Of a stretch of 64,000 nt of DNA, positions 13,660 through 26,959 are shown in pieces. The position numbers were made by a program, and so were the translations under genes. The first letter of the stretch is position 1, and every line of letters starts with the position of its first letter. This stretch comes from Octopus vulgaris. Lineage: Eukaryota. The notes beneath the pieces are model-generated. The model made no database searches. It was not told the origin of the DNA and saw only the letters and a program-made list of their open reading frames with translations. The DNA lies in the NCBI GenBank assembly GCA_951406725.2, contig OX597822.1, positions 55,862,001 through 55,926,000 on the forward strand, given 5' to 3'.

Positions 13660-13830
13660 TCTTTCTACTGGAAGCACAAGGCCTCAAATTTGGGGGAAGG
13701 GATTAAGTCAACTGCATCGAACTCAGTGCGTAACTGGTATTTATTTTATCGGTTCCGAAAGGATGAAAGGTAAAGTTGACCACGGCGGAATTTGAACTCA
13801 GAATATAAACAGGAGGAAATACCGACGCTG
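13660..13830 (-). mobile_element. SINE family B fragment
   Basis: CCGAAAGGATGAAAGGTAAAGTTGACCACGGCGGAATTTGAACTCAGAA matches the reverse of the family B body. Confidence 0.8.
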
Positions 13831-14709
13831 TAATGATCTTTCGCTATGGGCTTATAAAGTCTAGAGAAGTGTAACGGTGAAAATATTGAGCTCAAAATAT
13901 TAAAATCTTGGATGTTGAGTTTTAAGGTTTTCCTTTCGGCAAGATCTACTGTACACATTTCTAGTACTGTTTTGTGGACTTGCGGATTCATGAGAATTCA
14001 AATGTTCATGGTGATCTCTACCGACAAAATATCACCAACGTTTACACCAGCATTAATCAACTGCTCATAGTGTGCCACGAAGATTACTACTAATCACTGG
14101 TCAACATCATTGTTGATGTCCATGACGGTACTCTTGCGTTTCTCCTCAAATTCATTGCGCAAAATATCCTCCGTCTTTGATCACTCAACAAACCATTTCA
14201 TATCGATGGTTTACCACTTGAAAAAAAAAAAGAGTATTAGCAAAAGTCAGTTTATTATTGTTCGTGTTTATTCTTGAAACAATACGTGAATGCATACTGT
14301 TGTTGTTGTTGTTGTTGGCAAGATTTCTACTCGAATAAGTTAAAATGATTATGTTTTCTCTCTGTTCGAGCATGTTTTTAATATTTGGCATTGTAATTAA
14401 ATTACCATTCTGATCTTGTGTGTTTTCTGTGTGTGAACTGTACTTTTTACAATTTTCAAGTTTTGCTTTCTGAAGCATGGCGTGAAATATTCATGGCATC
14501 TTTGGTGTCTTGAGATAAAACACAAATCGTATTTTTCTTTTCATCAGTCAATCTCAGTAAGAGGAGACTTCAGAGATTTTGCAAATCTAAAAATATTGGT
14601 AAAACTTTATTTCATCTTGTAAATTCCTTTTGCTTTGAAGAGAAACTTCTAAAACAAGTCTTATTTCTTAGCAGTCAACAACACCAGCTGCAGTGATGTT
14701 GATGATGAT

Positions 14710-15036
<327 letters not shown>

Positions 15037-15124
15037 AAGTTAATTCTCAAAACACCAATAAAAATAACGATATCTGTGATAGAACACATTGCACAAAATT
15101 AAAAATGGGGCGATAGCTAACAAT

Positions 15125-15622
15125 TAAATTCCAGTTACACAGTAGTTAATACCTGGCAGGAGAGGGTTGCTGCTGGAAGGCCATATGTATGACAGCAGGA
15201 ATTAGCTCTGGAAAGAGTCAGAAGTGGTAGTTGGGAGAATTTCTACGGCTTCATCATCTTCAATTTCTGGCCTTCCAATCCTGTCAACTTTAATTCCATG
15301 TCTTGCTATATGTACAGTGCAGTTGAGAAAGGCACCAACAGTCTGCTTGCAACACAAAGGCTGGTGATCAAGATCAACAAGGTGTTCGAAGATTTTCCTC
15401 GGGACATTGTAAGGAACACATGCGCCAGTTTCCGAAGCCGTATTGTGGCCGCGGTGGAAGGTAAGGACAGCTACTTTGAATAAACTGTTATATCCCTATC
15501 ATAATCATTTATATCCTTATCATAATCTTTTTCATTTTTAAGGTACTTTTAGTTTTGGATGGGGTATTGTTTACTTTTCCTTTTATGTAAATAAATATCA
15601 AATTTAGCCCGAATACCTTGTA
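15125..15622 (+). mobile_element. Tc1/mariner transposase C-terminal relic
   Basis: FWPSNPVNFNSMSCY (WPxxSPDLNPxDY-like) and VRNTCASFRSRIVAAVEGKDSYFE C-terminus. Confidence 0.7.
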
Positions 15623-15693
15623 GATATATATAGGCAGGCTTCGTGTGTATGTACGCACACACACACACACACACATGTTTTTTTCGATACCCA

Positions 15694-15758
15694 GATAATA
15701 ACTGAAGAGATGGTGACCTTGGGTTTCCGCCCCGACATCCGAAACTCGGAATTTTATC
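15694..15758 (+). ncRNA. Degenerate hammerhead-like motif
   Basis: GATAATAA-CTGAAGA-GATG...CATC-C-GAA-ACTCGGAAT-T-TTATC in a ~125 bp insert between (CA)n and (TA)n. Confidence 0.4.
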
Positions 15759-15795
15759 ATGGCTTCCGAATAATTGTCATATATTAATTTTACAG

Positions 15796-15866
<71 letters not shown>

Positions 15867-16063
15867 AGGTTATAAGAGGCAATGGTGTCGTTGAGACCCA
15901 AAGGTGTCAGGTAATGTTGAATAAGTTCTATAGGCAGACCATAGTTAAGTTCCAGGTTCGGTGATTTTGCGAATAAGGGGTTCAACGTTGGTCATTTTTC
16001 ACCGTTCGTATATAAGAATTTTTTGCGTAATGCAATTAAAAAACAAACAAAACAAGGCTGTGT

Positions 16064-16135
16064 TGTGTAGATATTAGAACATTTATAGATAGTTCTATAG
16101 ATTGAACTATCTATAAATGTTCTAATATCTACACA
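16064..16135. repeat. Perfect 32-bp inverted repeat with 8-nt spacer
   Basis: TGTGTAGATATTAGAACATTTATAGATAGTTC at 16064-16095 and its exact reverse complement at 16104-16135; outer CAAGGCTG/CAGCCTTG extend it. Confidence 0.95.
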
Positions 16136-16170
16136 GCCTTGGTTTTTTTATCTCATTACTCAAAAATTCT

Positions 16171-16209
<39 letters not shown>

Positions 16210-16793
16210 ATATATAAAGAGAGTGGGAGATAAAGAAAGAGAGAGAGGAAGAGAGAGAGAGAGAGAGAGTGATAGATATATCGTAGATACATATAGATAT
16301 ATACATACTGTAATATATATACACATACATTTCCTGAGTCATTCTAACCAATCAACTAACCAACCAGCCAGCCAACCAGCCAACCAACGAAGTAGTTACA
16401 AATAAGAACCCAACCAGCCAAGCAGTAACGTAATTACTTTAATCAAACATCTGAATAAAGGCAGCCAACGTTGAAACCTACCAACATAGCCAACAGAAAG
16501 AAACTGATAAAATGCGGGGAAAGTAATCGTTATAGAGTTAATGATGTAGGTGGTTTATCTGCCAAAATGTGAAAACACAACATGGCTTTACAACAAATAC
16601 CTTTGAAGATACCACAGATAATGCATAATGTAGGAAATTATAGGCAAGCTTTGTCTATATTTTCTGATTACTTTTAAATGCCTCTTTGTATGTATCATCC
16701 CCTGAGGGGTGTAATTGACAGTGCTTTACAATAATGAGTATATGCGTACTTATAGATCAACATACGTGCATGTATCTATATCTATCTGATTAT

Positions 16794-16850
<57 letters not shown>

Positions 16851-17019
16851 GTCGAGTGTGTTCATTTGTATCATACAAACACATATTTATAAACGCATAT
16901 ATATAAATATATGTAATATTGACATTTATAATCAGCCAGTGAGACTCCTACATATATTAGTGAGTAAGGTAGAAAAAAGATATGCATAGATAATAAAGTA
17001 TGTATTTTTCTTTTTGTTA

Positions 17020-17055
<36 letters not shown>

Positions 17056-17072
17056 TAGATATACATGTATAT

Positions 17073-17121
<49 letters not shown>

Positions 17122-17153
17122 CATATATATAGAGAGATACTTAAACATACACA

Positions 17154-17240
<87 letters not shown>

Positions 17241-18577
17241 TTATGTATATGTATGTATGTGTTTGGAAACCTCGTACCGTGGCTGGCTTGAAGACGGTAC
17301 CAGTTATATTTCAGTATCTTATTACTTTTAATACTTCTGTAGTTTTGCTATACAGCTGTGTGTGCTTGTTCTTAACGGTACTTGCTGGCAAATGTCGAAA
17401 TGGAAGAGCAAAGATAGAACATCCTATCCGTTTGCAATGCATACTGTATGAAGGAAGAACTACATTTACCAATGCATTTTTCCTTTGGATTTTGATTTGG
17501 AGAGGGATTTAGTTGTCATTTACTGAAGGCTGCGAAGTGATAGCTACGTTTAAAATAGAGTCGGAAGAATGACAGAAATAGTAGATTACCTGTACTAATT
17601 TGCTAAAATCTATTTATCATTTTGGGTTCGAATTTTTTTAGGTGATGATCAACGGCGTTCCATCTGGGAAAATCCCTTTTGGCTATCAGGCGGAATTCGC
17701 TCAGGAGTGTGTAACCTAATGTGTTTTTCTTTCCTAAAGCAACGGTTATAATTTAAAGATTTGTTTGCTGTTTCTAACAGATCGACTAACCATGTAGAGG
17801 CTCACATGATGTTTTGTACCTTAACTGTATTTAGTATTTCTGAGAAAGGAACAGTTGGTTGATTTTCTATCAGAATATGAGGAATACAATCCATTTGAGA
17901 GATATCAACCGTCTTGATCTGTTGATGTCATTAAATGAAGCAGAAATAACCTGATTTTATACCCTTTAAGCATTAACACCAGCTTCAATATTCTCCTTGG
18001 TTTCCATTACTTCTTCCTTCTAGAAATGCTTTCTCCTTTTCTACTCCTCATCTTGCAATCATAATCCATTTCCATTTCTTTACGGTGAATCCCACAATTA
18101 TCTCCATCTTTCATCTTCACTTCTTTAGGGTTCTGCTTCGTTGAACATTTCTTGAATGGTTTTGTTACAGTATAGTATCACTAATTTCCACCACCTTTTT
18201 GCTTAGCTTTCTTGAACAGGATTCTAATGCCTAATAGTGAACCAACCTCATATCAACGATCACTTTGTTGTCCACCGTGCTTCCCCTGCAGGGTAGATTC
18301 GTAACCCCATGTTGTCGCTCGTTGTTCCCGCTTAGTCTGGTAAGATATCCAGTTTTTGCTTTATTACTTGATGCATTCTAGTTTATGCTGTGTATTCTTA
18401 ATCAAGAAGCTAACCTCTTTCATTCACAGGGTGGACTCTACTTCGGCATACACTTTCTCTCTCCATCTCATGCCTATCAACAATAGAATTTGGGTCATAC
18501 AACAAGGATCCATATAATCTCACAGCATCGTAATGGTATCAATGTTTTACTGTTTTAATCTCATCTAGTAGAAATGG

Positions 18578-18830
18578 TGAAGGCGCGTGGCTTGGTGGTT
18601 GGTGTGTTAGACATGTGATCGTAAGATTGTGGTTTCGATCCCTGGACAAGGTGATGCGTTGTGATCTTGAAAGAAGCACTTCCTTTCACATTGCTCCAGT
18701 TCACTCAACTGGCAAAAATGAGTAATTCTGCGATAGACCGGCGTCCCGTCCAGGTGGGGATTATATATGCAATGGAAACAAGGAAACCGGTCCTATAAGT
18801 CGATATGACTCGAGAAGGAACTTCACTTTT
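18578..18830 (+). mobile_element. tRNA-derived SINE (family D-type head)
   Basis: GAAGGCGCGTGGCTTGGTGGTT ... GTTTCGATCCC, then GCGTTGTGATCTTG and TTGCTCCAGTTCACTCA, as at 55893. Confidence 0.75.
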
Positions 18831-18899
18831 TTTTTTTTTTACTTAACAGAGATGTAAAATGGTAGCAAGAGTTTTGCAGAAGCTACAGGAAGTAAAATC

Positions 18900-19130
18900 T
18901 TTTGAAGCATAGCCGGAGACCATGCTAACTTCGTAGGATCTTGCTAGCATACTTTCCAATCCCTCTAGTTTTTTTAACGGCGTTTTATGATTCATGATGT
19001 CGCCATAAGAACTTTGGTAAAAGCCTATACTAATAACACCACATTCCGAACTTTTTGTCAAACAATAGTTTCCAATTGCAGTTAGACTCAGCATCGTCTT
19101 TGCCTCGTTTTCAAAATCACTGTTGGAATT
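18900..19130 (-). mobile_element. Old Hero/NeSL-like LINE relic (post-RT region)
   Basis: Minus frame KFGMWCY*YRLLPKFLW resembles the K.W.YQ..LLPR.LWPL motif recalled for this group; stop codons present. Confidence 0.45.
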
Positions 19131-19454
19131 ATTTAAGGGGTTTTCGTGGAAATATTTAAGAGGCCTCTAACATCAATGGTATTTGCTTTTCTTCAATTTC
19201 TAGGATGAAATTCTTAATCTAAGGAACTGCATGATGAGTTATTTCACATGACCAGAAACATATAAAAGGAAAAAAAAAACAATGCCTGGCACATCAGCAC
19301 ACATAAATCCATATAGATTTGCCGAGTAAAATAAGACAACCTAAAGGTTAGTTTTTCATCTTAATATGCTAAATTGAATTAACATACATACATTCATATA
19401 AGTCATATATCACTAAGACTGCACTTGTTAAGTAACAACAACAACAAAAAAATT

Positions 19455-20100
19455 ATCAACCTCAGTGTTCAACTGGTACATATCTTAACGAGCTGGAATG
19501 GCAAAGCCGACCTCGGTAGAACTTGAACTCAGAACGTGAAGACGGACGAAAAATCGCTGAGCATTTTTGCCCGGGGTGCAAACGACTCTGCCAACTCAGC
19601 ACTTTAAATAATAAAGGTAAATAAATCAATACTCAAGCAACAACGACAACGACGAGAACAAAAGTAAATACAGCAACAAATAGCAATTTATAATAATGAT
19701 TTCCTGTTTTGTCACAAGACCAGCAATTTTGGGGAAAGGGGCTCAGTCGATTACATCGACTCCAACGTTCAACAAGTACACACAAACATATATATTTAAA
19801 AAAACACGTATCATGTATACAAGCAGTTTATATATTGTTATAGGCAAACTTATATTACCAAGCATTCCGCAAATGTGTATGAAAATTAGAAAACTTTTAA
19901 GATAATTGGTAATAACGGTTTCAAATTTTGGCGCAAGACAAGCAAATCTGAGGCAGAGGATAAGTCGATTACATCGACCCCACTGCTCAATTGGTACGTA
20001 TTTTGTCGATCTCGAAAAGATGAAAGGCGAACTCACAACGTAAAGACGAAATGCCGTTAAGCAGTTTGTCCGGCGTACTGACAACTCTGCCAGCTCACTG
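19455..20100 (-). mobile_element. Cluster of SINE family B fragments
   Basis: Repeated GTCGATTACATCGAC and TTGAACTCAGAACGT motifs. Confidence 0.75.
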
Positions 20101-20275
20101 CATCAGTAATTAGTAATATTCAATGCTTGTGAACAACTCGTAACTAACTATAAATGGAAACAGACATACACATACACGTATGCATATCATTAATTCATAC
20201 CTGTCTGTCTGTCTCTCTTTCTCTCTCTCTCTCTCTATATATATACTTTTATATATATATATGTATACATATCTT

Positions 20276-20338
<63 letters not shown>

Positions 20339-20989
20339 GCAAGTATCCGTGCGTTTATGTGTGCGTAAAACAGGTACAATGATTCTGAGATTTAGAAGAT
20401 AATTCTAGAAAGTTTAACAATGATTATTTCTCGATGAATTCATTCATTCTCGATTCTATTTCGGGTTTCAGTTGGCGTATATCAATTGACGTTAATAACA
20501 TGCAATAGAAAAGTCGATTACTTCTGATAAGATCTCAAAATAAAAATTCCATATGAAAGAACGTCTGACGCAATCGTGTTGAACGAAATAGCAAAACTAA
20601 CTGAAGCTGCGCCTGCATTTTATCGTATTCAAATCCAGATTTTTTTTTTAATGAAGTGCACTCGTAAGCTCTCTGAAAACAAACCGACAATTGCGTACCT
20701 ACTATGAATGGACTGAAAATCAGTAAAAGTTTGCTCTTCATAGATCTGGGATCGATTAAAGCATGTTACAGTAATAAATAATGATTCTAAGATCGCTAGA
20801 TTGAAACCGCTTACACTCCTCCCAATTTTCTTTTTTCGTGCGTGTTTCCACCATCTTTAGACTAAAACGGAACGAGAAAAGACTTCTGCAGTAAATGAAG
20901 AGCGAACGAATGCAAAGACCCCTCTCCCAGTCTTGTGTATTGCAGCTGTGCAAATAATTCTTCTACTACAAATAGAAGGTCTGACATTT

Positions 20990-21910
20990 TGAGGAGAAAG
21001 ACTAGTCGATTACATCGACCCAGTTCCCAACTGGTATTTAATTTATCGACGCCAAAAAGTTCAAAGAGAAACTCGACCACAATGGATTTCGAACTCAGAA
21101 TGTAAAGCCGGAAGAAATGCTGCTAAGTATTTCGTCCGGCGTGCTAACGATTCTGCCAGCTCGCCGCTTTTAGCTGTGATAACAATGGTTTCTGATTTAG
21201 GTAGAAGGCCAAGAGTTTTGAGGGGAGGTAATAAGTATTATCCCAGGGATCTTTTCGGTTTGAACGGCAGTTTTTTCTAGCGGTGTCATATGAAATTGTC
21301 ACCCATAATTACGACCCTAGAATCGATCTATTGCATTTCAATCTCTTTTAGGGTTAGGGGTGGGGAAGGGTATCTTTTTTTCTTCACAAATGTAAATAAA
21401 CCCAATGTGTTTCTTAAACGAGGGACATATTCATACGGCACAGAATGCTTTTTAACTCAATAGACGTCACTGATTGGTTGAAATTGCAGAAATTGAAGAC
21501 AAAAAAACAACAAATATCTTACAAACTATAAAATTTTCTCAATAAAAGCAAGAGAAAAAGATGTTTTATAAACACATTCTACCAGTATACAAAGTTAAAA
21601 ATTTTTTAATTACGTAGAAATTATGTTAAAAACTGCCGTTCAAACCGAAAAGATCCTTATCCCAGTACTTGACTGGTAATTATTTTATTAATTCCTGACG
21701 GGTGGAAAACAAAGTTAACCCGGATGAGATTTGAATTCAGGACAGAGAACCAGACAAAAATACAACGTTTCTGTGAGCTCACGGCCTTGTACTAATCATT
21801 TTTTCTAGAATGGGCACAAGGCCTGAAATTTTGTGGGAGGAGATAGCCAATTACATCGACTTCAGTACTCAACGAGTATTTATTTTATTGACCACGAAAT
21901 GATTAAAGGC
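20990..21910 (-). mobile_element. Tandem SINE family B copies, one interrupted by a MITE
   Basis: GTCGATTACATCGACCCAGT...CTGCCAGCTCGCCGC copy followed by two degenerate copies. Confidence 0.75.
21247..21656. mobile_element. 410-bp MITE with 9-bp TSD (Merlin- or Mutator-like)
   Basis: Perfect 29-bp TIR GGATCTTTTCGGTTTGAACGGCAGTTTTT; TSD TTATCCCAG at 21238-21246 and 21657-21665. Confidence 0.93.
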
Positions 21911-22399
21911 GGCAAGTTTTGTCACATTAATAAAAATTGATAATCCGTATGTAGGTAATAAGTTCACTTTGCAAATGCATACTTCATGGCTTGATATCAT
22001 TTCAGGGCACCTTGATTAGTGTCTACTTTTACATACATACATACAGACATCTGCGCGCGTGTGTGTATGACTGAGTGTTTGTTTATGCATGTGTATACGA
22101 ATAAGCGTATGATTAAGTATCAGTGTGTGTTTGTGTTATGTTTATACCGCTTTAAATACCGGTATTGTCGCCTTTAACCTATGAGTTCGCCTAACCGATA
22201 ATAGTAAAATAAGATTTAGGTAAGAAATTGTATCAGTAAGATCAGAAACAAGCGATTGAACGAGTAATATCTCCACTTTGCTAGAAATATTTTAGTGTTT
22301 ATTACAAAAAATAGGCAAATAAAATTTATTGCAGTGATATTGTTGCGCACAATTAAAAGCAAATGCCTTCGCGTATTATTATTAAGATAATATTATTTC

Positions 22400-22760
22400 G
22401 AAAGACTGACTATTATGTAAACCTCGCAGAATGTGAAGGTTTTCCAATCGAAGTCGGATGTAGAGGATTCGTTGAACACAGTTTGAGACGACTGTTGTTA
22501 TCGTCAGGTCTAACTCATCTTAAAGCAAATGCCACCATGAGTGATATCCAAATTTCAGTGGAAAAGGCAAACAACTGGATTTGGTTAAAAAGAGACGATG
22601 AGCATTGCCTAGAAAAATATTGAGGTAAGTGTGGTAACCAGTTGATCTAGCAAGCGGGGCCTCGTTTCAATGAGCAGTGAGCCGGTGGGCAATGATACTG
22701 TTCAGAAGTAAGACCCGAAATGGCGCACATTCTCTCCTGATGACTCCATAAAGTTGCTGG
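22400..22760 (+). mobile_element. 3' end of Hero-like LINE
   Basis: FPIEVGCRGFV and EKANNWIWLKR, typical C-terminal motifs of Hero-type RLE LINE proteins. Confidence 0.7.
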
Positions 22761-23164
22761 CATCCTGAGTCGTTTGCAAAACATTTATGATGTATATACA
22801 AATGCAGATAAACACTAGCTACAATATTCTCTCAGGGAAACTTCTCAGAAAAACTTGGGTGTTAAAATTCACAGATCTCGCTCAGAATGTCGTTGGCAGA
22901 ACATTATACATATTATTATGACCTGGTTTGGTTTCTTCAGTGACGAGCAATCCCAACCATCCATAGGTAGGCCGAAAGTATTCTTTCCGATATAGAAATC
23001 GGTAGAAAAGAATTACACTGATTTGTGCGACAGCTGGCCAGGCTAGAATTAAATTAAATTTTCTCAGTGATTCATTCCATTATGGGGTCCATAAAATAAA
23101 TTAACAGATAAGTACTGTAAGTGATGTAATCTACAGGCCTCTTCCCTTAAAAGTTTTGGCAAGG

Positions 23165-24168
23165 TGATGAGCTGGCACGATAATTAGAACACCGAATAAA
23201 ATATTTTACTGTATATATTCCAGCACTTTACCTTCCGATTTCAACTTTGATTTTCGTCTTTCGATATCAAAAAAATAAAGTACTAATCAAGTACTGGAAT
23301 TGATGGAATAAACTTAACCCCTCCTATAAAAAAATGAGCCGGCCTTGCGCTAAAACTGGAAATAATTAAGGTTGTGAGCTGACAAAATTGGTTGCTCGTC
23401 AGACAAAATACTTAGCAGCATTTCTTCTGGATTTTTACGCCTTATGCTCAGATTCCACCGATTTCATTTTGCTTTTTATCTGTTCACGGTCGATAAAATG
23501 AAGTACCAGCCAACTATTGGGTTCGGCGTAAACGACCAACCTCTTCACACTAAAATTAACTGGATTTGGTCAAAACCTAAAACAATATTATTAATATTGC
23601 AAGCAGTATCGGTAGAACACCGAACAATCACTGCACTGCACTTAATTTCTTGTAGTCTGAGAAAAATTTCTCCACTTAGAAATTGTATCAGTAAGATCAG
23701 AAACAAGCGATTGAAAGAGTAATATCTCCACTTTGCTAGTGTTTATTACAAAAAATAGGCAAATAAAATTTATTGCAGTGGTATTGTTGCGTAAACGACC
23801 AACCTCTTCACACTAAAATTAAACGTATTATTATTAAGATAATATTAAAATTTCTCCACTTATAAATTTTTCATTCATCCTTCAAAGATGAGTAAATTAA
23901 TGTGGTAGATTTAATCAACTACAGCCGTTTCTCAATATTTGTGATCTTGTAAGGCGGCGAGCTAGCAGAACCGTTAGCACGTCGGGCGAAATGCTTAGCG
24001 GTATTTCGTCTGTCTTTACGTTCTGAGTTCAAATTCAGCCGAGGTCGACTTTGCTTTTCATCATTTCGGGGTCGATAAATTAAGTACCACTTGTGTACAG
24101 GGGTCGATTTTATCGACTGGCCCCTCTCCCACAAAATTTCGGGCCTTGTGCCTAGAGTAGAAAAGAAT
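23165..24168 (+). mobile_element. SINE family B copies (best one 23953-24168)
   Basis: GGCGGCGAGCTAGCAGAACCGTTAGCAC ... TGAGTTCAAATTC ... GGGGTCGATAAATTAAGTACC. Confidence 0.8.
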
Positions 24169-25079
24169 ATTTGCGACCTTGTAACTATGTTAGAAATTAT
24201 AATTGGTTGCCACTTTGTCCGCTTTGACATTCATCGAAACTTATTTTTTTTTAATGATATTTTAGTGAGTTTCTACTCTCACCTCTTTTCTGTGCACAAC
24301 GTAAAAGTAGTCCACAATCTATCAAATATCAAAGTCTTTCCTTCTCCACTATATCCGTTTTGGCTAAAACTGGGCTGTCAGAAAAAAACGTGATTGATTG
24401 TTTCTTCATAACCTCAACATATTCTGCTGTTAATTTTTGTTTTATTTATGCATCGTCGCCTTTCGTAGCATTCCTTAAAGACGGAGAATTCATTTGTTTT
24501 GATCATAATTGGGAGTTGTTTACATTAATTTCTCTTCCTTCTTCACAAGATATTTTTGTAGTCATAAACGAGATATTTTATAATCGCATTATTTTAGTTA
24601 TAGCTGTTTTCTAACTGCAAAAAGATGCCTCGCCGTGTTTCATATCAATGTAATCTTTCACTCAGATTTATAATGTTTTCTAAATGCACTCGCTGTTTTC
24701 TAACTGATCACTTAGGTTCTCGTAAAAAATATCGTAACTGTATTTTAGTTGTGTCTCTATCAAGATGCAATGTTAAGAAGAAGAAGAAGAGGATTAGGAG
24801 GAGAAGGAGGAAAAAGAGAAGCAGGATGTAATATGCGCTGTAACAGCACGTCACTGCATCTACCATTTTTTGGAGTGATACCCTACTACTCCTGGTGGAT
24901 GGGCCTTTGTGCCATTCAGGTGACAACGCTCTAACACATGGGTTTGCTTCGGGTACTCGTTGCAGATGAGGGTTTCACAAGGTCGGAGTGTAAATCCTAC
25001 TTCAACCACTTTTAATCGCCTTTTACAATACGCAGAGGATACTTTAGGTCTATTCTTTTGCATACCGATCCTCGCACAG

Positions 25080-25205
25080 CACTAGAGCAATGTAAAAAGA
25101 CGTGTTTTGTTCAAGAATACAATATGCCGCCCTGTCTGGGCTTTGAACCAACGATCTGGCTATCATGAGTGCAGCACCATAACCACTAGGCCACGTGCCT
25201 TCGCA
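25080..25205 (-). mobile_element. tRNA-derived SINE head fragment
   Basis: Minus strand GAAGGCACGTGGCCTAGTGGTT ... GGTTCAAAGCCC. Confidence 0.65.
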
Positions 25206-26486
25206 AAGGCAAAGTTAGGACTAATAAAAGACTGAAATTCTTTTATCTTGAAATTTTCTATTTTTAATTAATTACAATAGATTCAAAGCAGAATTGATAA
25301 TTTGATATCTATATAATTTTACTTCATTTTTCCCCATGGAGATCATAAAAAATACAAAAACAAAACAAATGGAAGACATCAAAAATATATATCTTTGATG
25401 GTACAAACGTTTATTGAAGTTTTCACAATGTATACTAATTAATGCGTTAAGTCAGTGGCTTTAAGACTTGGTAATGCTTATTTATTCATTTATCTATTTA
25501 TTATTGCTTTACAGTAGATGCCACGGCGATTCTACTAATTATTGTCCTTTCTATAAAATAACAGAAGCCGCTAACAACATCAACAACGCAAACAACTAAC
25601 ACTAGAATGTTATTGCAACAGCATTGAAAAGGAAAACAAAAGAGATGAGACGTAAGCCTCTACGTGTTCATTTGACTAACTTGAAATAACAACAAAATCT
25701 TCCCTAAATGACACTTTCCTTCAATAGTAAACCGTAATAATGAGGAACCGGTATTGTAATTAACAAGTGTGGTGGTACGAAAAATACTATTATGGAAGGG
25801 TTAAGACGAGAGAGATAGAAGAGGCTCAGGAAGGAGTATTGATCTGATAACAGGAGGATGATGGGGAGGAAGATGTAGTGGCTATAATAAAAGGGGTGTG
25901 AGAAAGTGTACGGGAAGGCGTTGGTAATGATAACAGATATGAGCGATGCTACGGGTGCGGTATAGCATTGGAGAGGGAGATATTACTGTACGCATAGAAA
26001 GAAAGTGGTAGGTGAAATTAGGGAAACAATGGTAATGAAATTGAGGGATGAGGGAGAAAGTAAATAGTAGCGCAAAAAATAGGGGATTCTATTCTCATAT
26101 GATTCCAGTGGCCGAGTAGTACCACAGATAGAAGAGAGATGGAGTGATGGGTGTTCGGGGTGGGGGCTGGGTGATAGAATGTGAAGCATGCCTGACTGGA
26201 CAAAATGGATGCAAGGGTTGGGCCCGTTCCCGGATTAGTTATGTTTTTTTTAAAAAAATAACCTATTTACCCAAGCTTTAACAACATCTTCGAAATAGTG
26301 ACCTTGAGCAGCAATATACTGGTCTCAGCATTCCTGGCACTTTTAGAATCCGGCCTGAAAGTCTTAGCATATTTGCCTTTGGATTGTTGGTTTCTGTAGT
26401 TATTATCAGTGTATTTTGGCGATTTAAATAAGAGTTTTGACTGTTATTTCCAGCAGGTAGACATACTTAGTATGTCCTTTGATTAA

Positions 26487-26539
<53 letters not shown>

Positions 26540-26575
26540 GCATATACATATAAACATATATGTATTATTATATAA

Positions 26576-26629
<54 letters not shown>

Positions 26630-26959
26630 TTGTATGTATGCACATATACATATAAATGCACTCATGTGTATGTACTGTGTATACGAGTCAATGACTATTG
26701 AAGAGGTTGCAAGAAGCAAAGAAAATTTTATAAAAAATAAATAAGTAAATGAATGGAAATCGAACCGGTTGATGTCTTAATTAATAAGATATTAAAAGAG
26801 GATGACTCTACCCAGACACGATAAAATATGCTTCAACACACGAAGTCACATAAAGAATCTTGTAAACCATATACAAAAACGAAATATATACATACATACA
26901 AACATATAAACACACATACATATATGTATATGTATGTATATATACATATATATATAAAA

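Noticed and set aside
21345-21362. TTAGGGTTAGGG telomere-like motif
   Set aside because: Only two units and internal to a MITE.
22712-22775. GAAA ... CTGATGA after the Hero-like fragment as a type II hammerhead
   Set aside because: No stem I hairpin and the stem II strands do not pair.
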